Source: Escherichia coli (lineage in GTDB: Bacteria > Pseudomonadota > Gammaproteobacteria > Enterobacterales > Enterobacteriaceae). From it: DNA of 64,000 nt. Below the pieces are notes generated by a model. The model saw only the letters and a program-made list of their open reading frames with translations. It was not told the DNA's origin and did not search any database. Made by a program: the position numbers and the translations under genes. This document shows positions 31,701 to 40,813 of this stretch, piece after piece; position 1 is the first letter of the stretch; each line of letters opens with the position of its first letter. Location of the stretch: the NCBI RefSeq assembly GCF_048403405.1, contig NZ_CP183129.1, one strand, 5' to 3'.

Positions 31701-32920
31701 CGGTTCAGGCTGTCCGTGATGGTCACGCGGTCCTGCCCGTACTCAAAGCGGTAGTCCAGCCCCTCCGGGTTGACCTGCTCCGTCACCCGACCGGTATCAT
31801 CATACCGGTAGCGGCTCTCCGGCCTCCCCGCATAATGGTGCGCCACCATCCGCCCGGCGTGCTCCGCATCATAAGTAAACCCGCGCACCTGCGTCCCGCT
31901 GCGGTCATACACCGCCCGCAGTTCTCCGCTGGCCGTGTACGTGTAGCGCGCCAGCGGCGCAGTCGGCAGTTCATCCGGGTATGCCGGGTCGTGTGTCAGC
32001 CATACCGCCTCCAGCCGGATACCGTTATCGGCACCGTACTCTGTACCGGTGGGCAGCGTGTCGGGGAAAAACTGAGAAGAGGAAACAGAACGGGGACTGG
32101 CCGGAGAAGATAAAGAAGACTCGCGCTGTTTACGGAAGGCTTTCGCCCGCTGCGCCTGTGTGGTCAGCGCCAGATGAAAACGGCGGCCCGCGCCGTCCGT
32201 CACCCCCGTCACCGCGCCCGCCGCTTCCCCCTCTGCCGCCCGGTGGAAGGCCAGCGTCCGCCCGAAGCCGTCCACCACGCCCGTCAGCACCCGGTATGCG
32301 GGCGGCTCCGGCGGCAGCACCTCGTCCGCCTCCGGCACCCGCTCCGGCCAGCCGAGTATCCACCACGGCCCCTGAAGGCTGTTTGTCGCCAGGTACACAT
32401 GCGGGCTTAAGCGGAGACTCTCCGGCAGCACCTGCCAGAGCGCGCTTAGCGGCTGCGAACTGTGCTGCTCCGCCACCCCGCCCCTTGCCAGCCAGAACGA
32501 CTCGCTGCGGCTGTAGCTTATCTCGCCGGGAAACAGCGGCTCAAAGTGAATGCTCCTGCCGCCACTGTCGTTGAGTATCAGTTCCCGCTCATGAACCTGT
32601 AAGCGGATATCGAAGGGCGCTTTCCAGCCGGGACCAAACACCCCCACCGGCGCGGGTGTCCTGGTCCGGTAGCTGCTGTAGGCGCGGGAAAGAATAAACG
32701 GCAACGGGCCGGGCAGCGCAAGATCCGTCTCGCCCGGCAGCACCTTCGCACCCAGTAGCGGGTTCACCGGGTTACCCTTCTGCTCCTCCACCGGGCTGTT
32801 GGGACACACCGAGCAGGCCACTCCCGTCGGCGCACCTATCAGCACCCCCGCTGAACCCTGCACAATATCCAGTCCCTTGCGGGTCATATCGCCCTGTCGC
32901 GCCGCCGGTTTTCCGCTCAT
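28709..32920 (-). CDS. Rhs-family polymorphic toxin (PAAR-containing N-terminus, YD-repeat shell, DPLGL-delimited variable C-terminal toxin tip)
   Basis: 1403 aa; N-terminal [13 protein letters not shown]...[12 protein letters not shown]; many YD repeats ([18 protein letters not shown]...); conserved PxxxxDPLGL just before the last 143 aa; GC-rich core, AT-rich tip. Confidence 0.93.
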   Translation of the reverse strand: MSGKPAARQGDMTRKGLDIVQGSAGVLIGAPTGVACSVCPNSPVEEQKGNPVNPLLGAKVLPGETDLALPGPLPFILSRAYSSYRTRTPAPVGVFGPGWKAPFDIRLQVHERELILNDSGGRSIHFEPLFPGEISYSRSESFWLARGGVAEQHSSQPLSALWQVLPESLRLSPHVYLATNSLQGPWWILGWPERVPEADEVLPPEPPAYRVLTGVVDGFGRTLAFHRAAEGEAAGAVTGVTDGAGRRFHLALTTQAQRAKAFRKQRESSLSSPASPRSVSSSQFFPDTLPTGTEYGADNGIRLEAVWLTHDPAYPDELPTAPLARYTYTASGELRAVYDRSGTQVRGFTYDAEHAGRMVAHHYAGRPESRYRYDDTGRVTEQVNPEGLDYRFEYGQDRVTITDSLNRREVLYTEGEGGLKRVVKKEYGDGSITRSEYDEAGRLKAQTDAAGRRTEYRLHMASGKLTSVILPDGRTVRYGYNNQLQLTSVTYPDGLRRSRKYDRQGRLAEEVSRNGNITRWFYDSSRSGLPCAVEDGTGVRRRITRNRYGQLQAFTDCSGYTTRYEYDRYGQRTAVHREEGISTYSSYNPRGQLVSQKDAQGRETRYEYSAAGDLTAIIAPNGSRSETQYDAWGKAVSTTQGGLTRSMEYDAAGRITVLTNENGSQSTFRYDPVDRLTEQRGFDGRTQRYRYSATGQLIRSEDEGQVTQWYYDDAGRITHRTVNGDPAEQWQYDDHGWLTEISHLSEGHRVAVHYGYDDKGRLTGERQTVENQETGEMLWEHETRHVYSEQGLATRQEPDGLPPVEWLTYGSGYLAGMKLGGTPLVEYTRDRLHRETARSFGGAGSTAGYEQATAYTLTGQLRSRHLNLPQLDREYTWNDNGQLVRISGPQESRKYRYSDTGRLTGVHTTAANLDIDIPYATDPAGNRLPDPELHPDSTFTAWPDNRITEDAHYVYRYDEYGRLAEKTDRIPEGVIRMHDERTHHYHYDSQHRLVFYTRIQHGEPQVESRYLYDPLGRRTGKRVWRRERDLTGWMSLSRKPEETWYGWDGDRLTTVQTGTTRIQTVYQPGSFTPLIRIETENGEQAKARHRSLAEVLQEDTGVTLPAELSVMLGRLERELRAGAVSAESEAWLQQCGLTAEQMKNQMEAEYIPERTLHLYHCDHRGLPQALISPEGETAWQGEYDEWGNLLGETSAQQLQQPYRLPGQQYDEESGLYYNRNRYYDPLQGRYITQDPIGLRGAWNLYQYPLNPTTKIDPLGLSGEDSIEQSGPSWLIADPMDKYRQQAVMGLTKLWDDTFSQEKTKCLPTTPENIRMVVANSPLLTVQQKVSVPVVAHYVQMLEDGSGAPPVDMDGNVIVNGNHRMVAGLLCDKLPPERPGTRPLSAPLYPFSQIFPELDDWGNR
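28712..29140 (-). other. Rhs C-terminal variable toxin domain (last 143 aa), family not recognised
   Basis: Sequence after DPLGL: [10 protein letters not shown]...VVAHYVQM...[17 protein letters not shown]...ELDDWGNR; base composition drops relative to the Rhs core. Confidence 0.6.
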
Positions 32921-32939
32921 GGTTTATTCCTTAAATTAT

Positions 32940-33131
32940 TTATGGTTTTATTCTGAGTGCAATCCATACTGATTCATAACCAGTGAATAAGATTTCCCCG
33001 AATAATCTATATAAATTAGCGAAGTCCTCTTCACTAATTAACCGTAAAATCCCGTACCAATGAAATATAAAAATAACCACCCACACAAATTTATTGCAAA
33101 TATTATTTATTATTGTATATACATCATTCAC
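32940..33131 (-). CDS. Hypothetical small hydrophobic protein immediately upstream of Rhs (may be spurious)
   Basis: 63-aa ORF with GTG start in an AT-rich region; ends 17 nt before the Rhs start; no recognisable domain. Confidence 0.2.
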   Translation of the reverse strand: MNDVYTIINNICNKFVWVVIFIFHWYGILRLISEEDFANLYRLFGEILFTGYESVWIALRIKP

Positions 33132-33341
33132 TGAACGTTCTCAAACTGCATACCTTAGAACCATCAATTAAAGCCACAACAAAAAAAATCGATTACTTTA
33201 TGTCGCATGACAAATATGAATTACATATTAATCAACCTTAAAAACAATCATCTCTTATAATTAACAGCATACCATGAGAAACACAAAATCAATTTACCAT
33301 GCATACCAGGAGCATAATTAACCTCTCACCGCAGGGCGAAA

Positions 33342-34478
33342 TCATGAAGGCCCGCAGCCAGCAAGGATTAGAGAAAGGTATTCATTCTTACGTCCTGCCC
33401 GCTTTTGCTTGCGTTTAATACCCGCTTTAAAGCTATTCTCTGCGGTCAGTAAATTCATCGCGATATGTCGACAAACTGCCAGATTTTCTCCCGCTTCTCC
33501 ACGAACAATCTGGCATTCATCTTCCCGCATCCCCATATCAAGTCGCCAGTGCAGTTGATTTTCTACCGACCAGTGTGCTCGTGTTGCTTCCAGGAGTTCT
33601 TTCGCCGTAAGCGTCACCGAACTTATGTAGTAGCGAAGAATACACTTCTCTGATTTCACCGCTGTTTCTCCTTCCTGTCTGCTCGCCAGCACTATTCCTA
33701 TCGTGCTCAGCTCTGACCATTCATAAGCTAAATCACCCAGAGCGGTTAAATCATGGCTCACAATGCAGCATCGTGTATCTTCCCGTCCATGCCCTTTTTC
33801 CTGCGTGCTGTAACTGTCATACCTCTCACCCAGCCACATTGTCGGCGAGTACCCGTTATCAAACGCCTCCGCTAATTTTCCCTGATTTCCTTTCAGCGCC
33901 AGCAGGTAACCGGCTTTCTTTTTCAGAATTTCACGGGCGATTATATGCTGGCAACCCATTGCATCCAGCGTGACCAGACACCCTTTTAATTCCAGCAACT
34001 GGAGCCGTTCCGGGATCGCCGTTATCTCATTCGATTTTGCCCCTGTTTTCACCTGCCCCAAAACCAGACGATTTTCTGCGCTAAAAGCACTGACCCTATG
34101 GATCACGGCATTACGTTTCGATTTATCGTAAGTACCCCGTAATGACTTACCATCAATCGCCACAACAGAGCCTTCAGACAACGTGTGACAGTCCTTCATC
34201 TACTGGATAAAAAGGGGCTGTAATTGTTTTGCTGAAATCATTCCCATCACTCGGGCAATCGTGTGATGGGAGGGGGTGCCATTTTCAAAATCACCATACA
34301 GGCGTAACCATTCCAGATGCTCCTCACCAAAATCAGCAATTTCTTCCCATCCTTCAGCGCCACCGATAATGGCGGTGATCGTCAGAAAAAGGATATCCGC
34401 CAGGCTGTAACTGGTTTTCCAGGACTGGCGATAATCGTGAATAATTGAAATTTGATCCAAAAGGCTTAGTCCGTTCAT
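33342..34478 (-). pseudogene. ISAs1-family (H-repeat) transposase gene inactivated by a single in-frame amber codon
   Basis: ORFs 34200..34478 (92 aa) and 33342..34199 (285 aa) are in the same frame separated only by TAG at 34200..34202; together 378 codons, the length of an intact H-rpt protein; the stop sits where homologs have Trp (…FINW-MRDCH…). Confidence 0.85.
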
Positions 34479-34528
34479 GGTGTGCTATCCATCAAAAAGA
34501 AAGGATAAGATCACACTGAAATAAGATG

Positions 34529-34650
34529 GTCAAATTGATCGAAAAAAAGATCAACATGATGGGTTTTACGATAAAAGTAATGTCGCGATTTAAAAATTCA
34601 TCATTCACCAAAGTCTTGTGGGGCGCGGGCTTTCATGCTTTTTCCCTGAT
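34529..34650 (-). repeat. ISAs1/H-rpt element upstream end (copy 2)
   Basis: Paired with 27790..27912 (see above). Confidence 0.65.
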
Positions 34651-34888
34651 ACGCTACCGCTCTGCCCTGATAACATGATCTGCACGGCGCTATCATATCG
34701 ACATATTTCTCTACATGCGAAAGGATGTTTTATTTTCGGATTATATTAAATTGATATTTCATATAAAAAACGAGATTACATAAATCATATAAATAATTGT
34801 ACCAACTTTAATTACCATTCATAGCAAACAAATGGATGTCCAGTTAACTACGCCAGTGATTTATTAACATTAATCTCCGGCATTATTG

Positions 34889-35495
34889 TTAAATAATGGC
34901 ATTCCTTTTTAGTATTTCTTGTAACGTTGGTATCGGACATACAGCATCAGCAATCGCACTGATATTCGCGGCATTATCTTGAAACCATTCATGCCCCGGT
35001 CCCCATATGCGCATAACGCAGAGATAAGGGTAGCTGATCGCCAAACGCATAAGGTTCAGCAGTGAGCTACGAATTCAACCAGATATAAAACGATTTTCGA
35101 TATTCAATAACATTCTTCTTTAACTGTTCGGGTGCGTCAGGAGCCCAACGCTCAGGGTAATCGGCGAAAGTGAATGTTGGATAGACATTAGCAACCAGCC
35201 AGACCAATAGCCGTTGAAACTGCTGACGTTCGGCGCGCCCAACCGGTGGCGCAAGGTCCGGGCGACGATCGAGAACCATCAATGCAATCGCCGCTGTCTC
35301 CGTCATAATCTCGTCATTTTCCAGCGCCAGTGTCGGAATCTGACACAACGGGTTCAGGGTTTTCAATAACTCGCGTGAGGTTCCCTCGTGGTCAAAACCA
35401 CTGACATCAACGAACTGATAAGGAATATCAGCCAGTGTTAGCATCAGCTCACTGATTGTAGAGCCCCATCCGGGTACGCCATACACCTTAATCAT
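34889..35495 (-). pseudogene. yncG: Glutathione S-transferase homolog, disrupted (in-frame TAG plus a frameshifting deletion)
   Basis: N-terminal 142 aa intact (MIKVYGVPGWGSTISEL...YIWLNS) then TAG at 35067..35069; the GST C-terminal region (...WGPGHEWFQDNAANISAIADAVC...) continues in another frame; total 607 nt, not a multiple of 3. Confidence 0.75.
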
Positions 35496-35761
35496 ATGCC
35501 CCTCACAATCTTTTAAAGATTAAGTGTAGGACAGTACACAGGTTAACCAGCAAAAGGATTTGTCATTTTTTCGTCAGTTGTATTATTCCCCTTCAGGATT
35601 GTAAGGGGATGTTTTGCATCGTTTATCGATAACGGGTAGGATGCTGCGCCGATAGTTTTATACCCATAAAGAATAATGGTGATAACTATCATCGCCAGGA
35701 TGAATAAACATTGTTCATGGCAACTTATATGACTTTTTCATTAAAGCAATCAGGGAGAGCA

Positions 35762-37261
35762 ATGAGTAAACACGACACCGACACTTCAGATCAACACGCC
35801 GCGAAACGCCGCTGGCTTAATGCCCACGAAGAGGGGTATCACAAAGCGATGGGCAATCGCCAGGTACAGATGATCGCCATTGGCGGCGCGATTGGTACGG
35901 GTTTGTTTTTAGGCGCGGGAGCCCGACTGCAAATGGCGGGGCCAGCACTGGCACTGGTCTATTTGATCTGCGGCCTGTTTTCATTTTTTATTCTGCGTGC
36001 ATTGGGTGAGCTGGTGTTACACCGCCCTTCCAGTGGCAGTTTTGTCTCTTATGCCCGTGAGTTTTTAGGAGAGAAAGCCGCTTACGTTGCAGGCTGGATG
36101 TACTTCATCAACTGGGCGATGACGGGGATTGTCGATATTACCGCCGTCGCTCTGTATATGCATTACTGGGGTGCGTTTGGCGGCGTGCCGCAGTGGGTCT
36201 TTGCGCTCGCTGCGCTGACCATCGTTGGCACCATGAATATGATCGGTGTGAAATGGTTTGCCGAGATGGAGTTCTGGTTTGCGCTTATTAAAGTGCTCGC
36301 CATTGTTACCTTTTTGGTCGTGGGTACAGTGTTCCTCGGTAGTGGTCAGCCGCTGGATGGCAACACCACTGGTTTTCATTTAATTACCGATAACGGCGGC
36401 TTCTTCCCCCACGGTTTGCTGCCTGCGCTGGTGTTGATTCAGGGCGTAGTGTTTGCTTTTGCCTCCATTGAAATGGTGGGTACAGCTGCCGGAGAATGTA
36501 AAGATCCGCAGACCATGGTGCCTAAAGCCATTAACAGTGTGATTTGGCGTATTGGCCTGTTTTACGTCGGCTCCGTGGTGTTGCTGGTTATGTTATTGCC
36601 GTGGAGCGCATATCAGGCGGGGCAAAGTCCGTTCGTGACGTTTTTCTCTAAACTGGGTGTGCCATATATCGGCAGCATTATGAACATTGTGGTGCTGACC
36701 GCTGCCCTCTCCAGCCTGAACTCAGGTCTGTACTGCACCGGACGTATTCTGCGCTCAATGGCGATGGGCGGTTCCGCACCGAGTTTTATGGCGAAAATGA
36801 GTCGTCAGCATGTGCCGTATGCCGGGATTCTGGCGACACTGGTTGTGTATGTCGTCGGCGTATTCCTCAACTATCTGGTGCCGTCGCGCGTATTTGAGAT
36901 TGTGTTGAACTTCGCGTCGCTGGGAATCATCGCCTCATGGGCGTTTATCATCGTGTGCCAGATGCGCCTGCGTAAAGCGATTAAAGAAGGCAAAGCCGCG
37001 GATGTCAGTTTTAAACTGCCTGGCGCGCCCTTCACTTCCTGGCTGACATTACTGTTTTTGCTGAGCGTCCTGGTGCTGATGGCGTTCGATTACCCGAACG
37101 GGACTTATACCATCGCGGCGCTGCCGATTATCGGTATTCTGCTGGTTATAGGCTGGTTTGGTGTGCGCAAACGCGTTGCTGAAATTCACAGCACTGCGCC
37201 AGTCGTCGAGGAAGATGAAGAACAACAGGAAATTGTGTTTAAGCCTGAAACGGCGAGTTAA
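35762..37261 (+). CDS. ansP: L-asparagine permease (APC family)
   Basis: 499 aa from MSKHDTDTSDQHAAKRRW within ORF 35711..37261; amino acid permease signature. Confidence 0.93.
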   Translation: MSKHDTDTSDQHAAKRRWLNAHEEGYHKAMGNRQVQMIAIGGAIGTGLFLGAGARLQMAGPALALVYLICGLFSFFILRALGELVLHRPSSGSFVSYAREFLGEKAAYVAGWMYFINWAMTGIVDITAVALYMHYWGAFGGVPQWVFALAALTIVGTMNMIGVKWFAEMEFWFALIKVLAIVTFLVVGTVFLGSGQPLDGNTTGFHLITDNGGFFPHGLLPALVLIQGVVFAFASIEMVGTAAGECKDPQTMVPKAINSVIWRIGLFYVGSVVLLVMLLPWSAYQAGQSPFVTFFSKLGVPYIGSIMNIVVLTAALSSLNSGLYCTGRILRSMAMGGSAPSFMAKMSRQHVPYAGILATLVVYVVGVFLNYLVPSRVFEIVLNFASLGIIASWAFIIVCQMRLRKAIKEGKAADVSFKLPGAPFTSWLTLLFLLSVLVLMAFDYPNGTYTIAALPIIGILLVIGWFGVRKRVAEIHSTAPVVEEDEEQQEIVFKPETAS

Positions 37262-37271
37262 TTGCAAAATT

Positions 37272-37290
37272 GCCCGGCTACGTGCCGGGC
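37272..37290. terminator. Stem-loop between convergent ansP and yncE, probably a terminator for yncE
   Basis: gcccggc-tacgt-gccgggc; on the minus strand followed by AATTTT; weak U-tract on plus. Confidence 0.5.
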
Positions 37291-37373
37291 AAATTCAAAT
37301 TACTGACGAAGGTGCCGGATACGGCGTGATAAAAGTCAGGCAAGTCTCACCGTTTTCACCCTCGCCATATCTA

Positions 37374-38435
37374 TTACAGCGCAATACGAATCACATCATC
37401 CGGCTGGGTTGCTTCCTGCTGTTTAGTGGATTTTTGTTTCACACTGACATACAGCGTTTTACCATCGGCAGACAGCGCCAGGCTGTTCGGATGAGTCGGC
37501 GTATCGAACGTTTTCACCACTTTATAGCTTTTCGCGTCAATCACACTGACTTTACCTGCCTGACGATGCGTTACGTAGGCTTCATTACGCGCCGGGTTAA
37601 ACAGCACAGCCAGTGATTCCGGTGCCGCAACCTTCGCCAGAATATTGCCATTACGGGTATCGACCACTAACACTTCTGCGGCTTTAGAATCGGTGATAAA
37701 TGCACGCTGCCTGGCGGTATCAAGGCTAATGTTGATAAAGAAGTGCTCTTTGCCGTCATCCAGCAGCTTTTTACGGCTGAGGATTTTATTGTCGGCGGTG
37801 TCGATGGTAATCAATTCGCCGTCAGCGTTAGTGGTGTAAAGACGTTTGCCTTTGCTATCCAGCGCCAGACCGGTACTCATTTTACCGGTGTTCTGGATGG
37901 CGGTTTTCAGTTTGATATTCTCGCCATCAACGACCCAAATCACGCTCTCTTTACCAATACCACTGATGTAAACGGTGTTCGTGGCATCATCAGCTACCAG
38001 CTCACGCGGTTGCAGCGGGCGCACCTCTTCCGTGCGCTTACGATCATCCAGCACCAGACGGCCTTTCACTTCGCCCGTTTTGGCATCTATCGCCGTGACC
38101 GCGCTGTTTACAGTGTTACCAAACCACAACGTCTGAGTCGTGTTATTGATGGTGGCACCAAACGGCTTGAGATCGTTATGGATCGCCTGCGTCACTTCCA
38201 GAGTAACCGGATCAAGACGATAAACCACGCCGCCTTTATCCAGTTTGCGGCTTTGCGAAGTGGCGAGCCACAGCGCGTTCTCCTGCTGGCTATAAGCCAT
38301 TTCGTAGGCACCTTTACCTACCGCTTTACGCAGCATTTCTTCTGCAGCCTGCGTACTGAATGATGAAGCAACAAGCAATGAACCTAACAGTAATGAACCA
38401 CGCAGGCGCGATGAAAACAGATGACGTAAATGCAT
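37374..38435 (-). CDS. yncE: Periplasmic beta-propeller (PQQ-like repeat) protein
   Basis: 353 aa with signal peptide; recognised as YncE. Confidence 0.92.
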   Translation of the reverse strand: MHLRHLFSSRLRGSLLLGSLLVASSFSTQAAEEMLRKAVGKGAYEMAYSQQENALWLATSQSRKLDKGGVVYRLDPVTLEVTQAIHNDLKPFGATINNTTQTLWFGNTVNSAVTAIDAKTGEVKGRLVLDDRKRTEEVRPLQPRELVADDATNTVYISGIGKESVIWVVDGENIKLKTAIQNTGKMSTGLALDSKGKRLYTTNADGELITIDTADNKILSRKKLLDDGKEHFFINISLDTARQRAFITDSKAAEVLVVDTRNGNILAKVAAPESLAVLFNPARNEAYVTHRQAGKVSVIDAKSYKVVKTFDTPTHPNSLALSADGKTLYVSVKQKSTKQQEATQPDDVIRIAL

Positions 38436-38518
38436 GACGACTCCCTTTGATGAACCGATATTTTTGCTGCTTCACAATGCTTCGCTAAGCGTAATCATCG
38501 TTACGCTCTTGTTATAAA

Positions 38519-38537
38519 TGGGAATGGTAATCATTAT
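38519..38537. promoter_or_regulatory. Candidate Fur box in the divergent yncE/yncD promoter region
   Basis: gggaatggtaatcattatt matches about 15 of 19 positions of GATAATGATAATCATTATC; yncD is a TonB-dependent receptor and yncE is iron-regulated in K-12 (from memory). Confidence 0.4.
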
Positions 38538-38676
38538 TTTCTCAAATGTGGAGCATTTCTTGCCGTTACGACTACAATTTTCTCAATTACTTAACGTATC
38601 GTGCCGTTTCGTTTTCCATATATTTACAATTTTATTACCATGGCGGCGTTTTCCCATTCTTAACTTGGCTTTTTTC

Positions 38677-40779
38677 ATGAAGATTTTTTCCGTCCGACAG
38701 ACCGTTTTGCCCGCACTGCTTGTCCTTTCCCCCGTTGTTTTTGCCGCTGATGAACAGACCATGATTGTCAGTGCCGCACCGCAGGTGGTTTCAGAACTGG
38801 ATACCCCAGCAGCCGTGAGCGTGGTGGATGGCGAGGAGATGCGCCTGGCAACACCGCGCATTAACTTGTCCGAATCACTGACCAGCGTGCCTGGTTTGCA
38901 GGTACAAAACCGGCAGAACTATGCGCAAGATTTACAGCTGTCGATTCGCGGATTTGGCTCCCGCTCCACTTACGGAATTCGCGGTATTCGCCTGTATGTG
39001 GACGGTATTCCCGCCACCATGCCCGACGGACAAGGGCAAACATCCAACATCGATTTAAGCAGTGTACAAAATGTGGAAGTGCTGCGCGGCCCCTTCTCTG
39101 CTCTGTATGGCAACGCGTCTGGCGGTGTAATGAATGTCATCACCCAGACCGGACAACAGCCACCAACCATTGAAGCCAGTAGTTACTACGGCAGTTTTGG
39201 CAGCTGGCGCTATGGGCTGAAAGCAACAGGCGCAATGGGCGACGGCACTCAGCCTGGCGATGTCGATTACACCGTCTCAACCACGCGCTTTACGACCCAC
39301 GGCTATCGTGATCATAGTGGCGCACAGAAAAATTTAGCCAATGCCAAACTGGGCGTACGCATTGATGACGCCAGCAAATTAAGCCTGATTTTCAATAGTG
39401 TGGATATCAAAGCAGATGACCCAGGTGGGCTAACCGAAGCAGAATGGAAGGCGAATCCGCAACAAGCGCCACGCGCTGAACAGTACGACACGCGAAAAAC
39501 CATCAAGCAAACTCAGGCTGGGTTGCGCTATGAACGTAGCCTGAGCGCACAAGATGATATGAGTGTGATGATGTATGCCGGGGAGCGAGAAACGACCCAG
39601 TACCAGTCAATCCCGATGGCACCACAACTTAACCCGTCGCATGCGGGCGGCGTGATTACTCTGCAACGCCATTATCAGGGGATAGACAGCCGCTGGACAC
39701 ACCGTGGCGAGCTGGGCGTTCCGCTCACGTTCACTACCGGCCTGAACTACGAAAACATGAGTGAAAATCGCAAAGGCTACAATAACTTCCGCCTGAATAG
39801 CGGCGTGCCGGAATACGGGCAAAAAGGTGAGTTGCGCCGTGACGAACGCAATCTGATGTGGAACGTCGATCCCTATTTGCAGACACAGTGGCAGCTGAGC
39901 GAAAAACTGTCGCTGGATGCTGGCGTGCGCTACAGCTCCGTATGGTTTGATTCCAACGACCATTACGTTACTTCGGGTAACGGCGATGACAGCGGTGATG
40001 CCAGTTATCACAAATGGCTACCTGCCGGTTCGTTAAAATATGCAATGACCGATGCCTGGAATATCTATCTGGCAGCCGGGCGAGGTTTTGAAACGCCGAC
40101 GATTAATGAGCTGTCTTATCGTGCTGACGGTCAAAGCGGTATGAACTTTGGTTTAAAACCATCCACCAACGATACAATTGAGATCGGCAGTAAAACGCGT
40201 ATTGGTGATGGGCTGCTTAGTCTCGCATTGTTCCAGACCGACACCGATGATGAAATTGTAGTCGATAGCAGTAGCGGTGGGCGTACGACTTACAAAAATG
40301 CCGGAAAGACCCGTCGTCAAGGCGCTGAGCTGGCATGGGATCAACGTTTCGCGGGAGATTTTCGTGTAAAAGCGTCCTGGACCTGGCTCGATGCGACCTA
40401 TCGCAGCAATGTTTGCAATGAACAGGATTGTAACGGTAATCGGATGCCAGGGATCGCCCGTAATATGGGCTTTGCGTCGATAGGTTATGTACCGGAGGAT
40501 GGCTGGTATGCAGGTACGGAAGCGCGTTATATGGGCGATATTATGGCAGATGATGAAAATACGGCCAAAGCGCCGTCTTATACTCTCGTCGGCTTATTCA
40601 CCGGGTATAAATACAATTACCACAATTTAACTGTGGATTTATTTGGTCGTGTCGATAATTTATTCGATAAAGAATACGTTGGTTCTGTCATTGTCAATGA
40701 GTCAAACGGGCGATATTACGAACCTGCGCCCGGGCGAAATTATGGTGTCGGCATGAATATTGCATGGCGATTTGAGTAA
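38677..40779 (+). CDS. yncD: TonB-dependent outer-membrane receptor
   Basis: 700 aa from MKIFSVRQTVLPALLVLSPVVFA within ORF 38518..40779; TonB box region, C-terminal ...NIAWRFE. Confidence 0.93.
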   Translation: MKIFSVRQTVLPALLVLSPVVFAADEQTMIVSAAPQVVSELDTPAAVSVVDGEEMRLATPRINLSESLTSVPGLQVQNRQNYAQDLQLSIRGFGSRSTYGIRGIRLYVDGIPATMPDGQGQTSNIDLSSVQNVEVLRGPFSALYGNASGGVMNVITQTGQQPPTIEASSYYGSFGSWRYGLKATGAMGDGTQPGDVDYTVSTTRFTTHGYRDHSGAQKNLANAKLGVRIDDASKLSLIFNSVDIKADDPGGLTEAEWKANPQQAPRAEQYDTRKTIKQTQAGLRYERSLSAQDDMSVMMYAGERETTQYQSIPMAPQLNPSHAGGVITLQRHYQGIDSRWTHRGELGVPLTFTTGLNYENMSENRKGYNNFRLNSGVPEYGQKGELRRDERNLMWNVDPYLQTQWQLSEKLSLDAGVRYSSVWFDSNDHYVTSGNGDDSGDASYHKWLPAGSLKYAMTDAWNIYLAAGRGFETPTINELSYRADGQSGMNFGLKPSTNDTIEIGSKTRIGDGLLSLALFQTDTDDEIVVDSSSGGRTTYKNAGKTRRQGAELAWDQRFAGDFRVKASWTWLDATYRSNVCNEQDCNGNRMPGIARNMGFASIGYVPEDGWYAGTEARYMGDIMADDENTAKAPSYTLVGLFTGYKYNYHNLTVDLFGRVDNLFDKEYVGSVIVNESNGRYYEPAPGRNYGVGMNIAWRFE

Positions 40780-40789
40780 TTACCTTGAT

Positions 40790-40811
40790 GCCCGGTATTT
40801 GCCGGGCATTT
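40790..40811 (+). terminator. Stem-loop terminator after yncD, immediately abutted by IS200
   Basis: gcccgg-tattt-gccgggc then ATTTAA, 11 nt after the yncD stop. Confidence 0.5.
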
Positions 40812-40813
40812 AA

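Noticed and set aside
32940-33131. Taking the 63-aa ORF upstream of Rhs as a confident gene (possible yncH-like)
   Set aside because: GTG start, AT-rich context and no motif; kept only as a low-confidence feature because I cannot recall the yncH sequence to compare.
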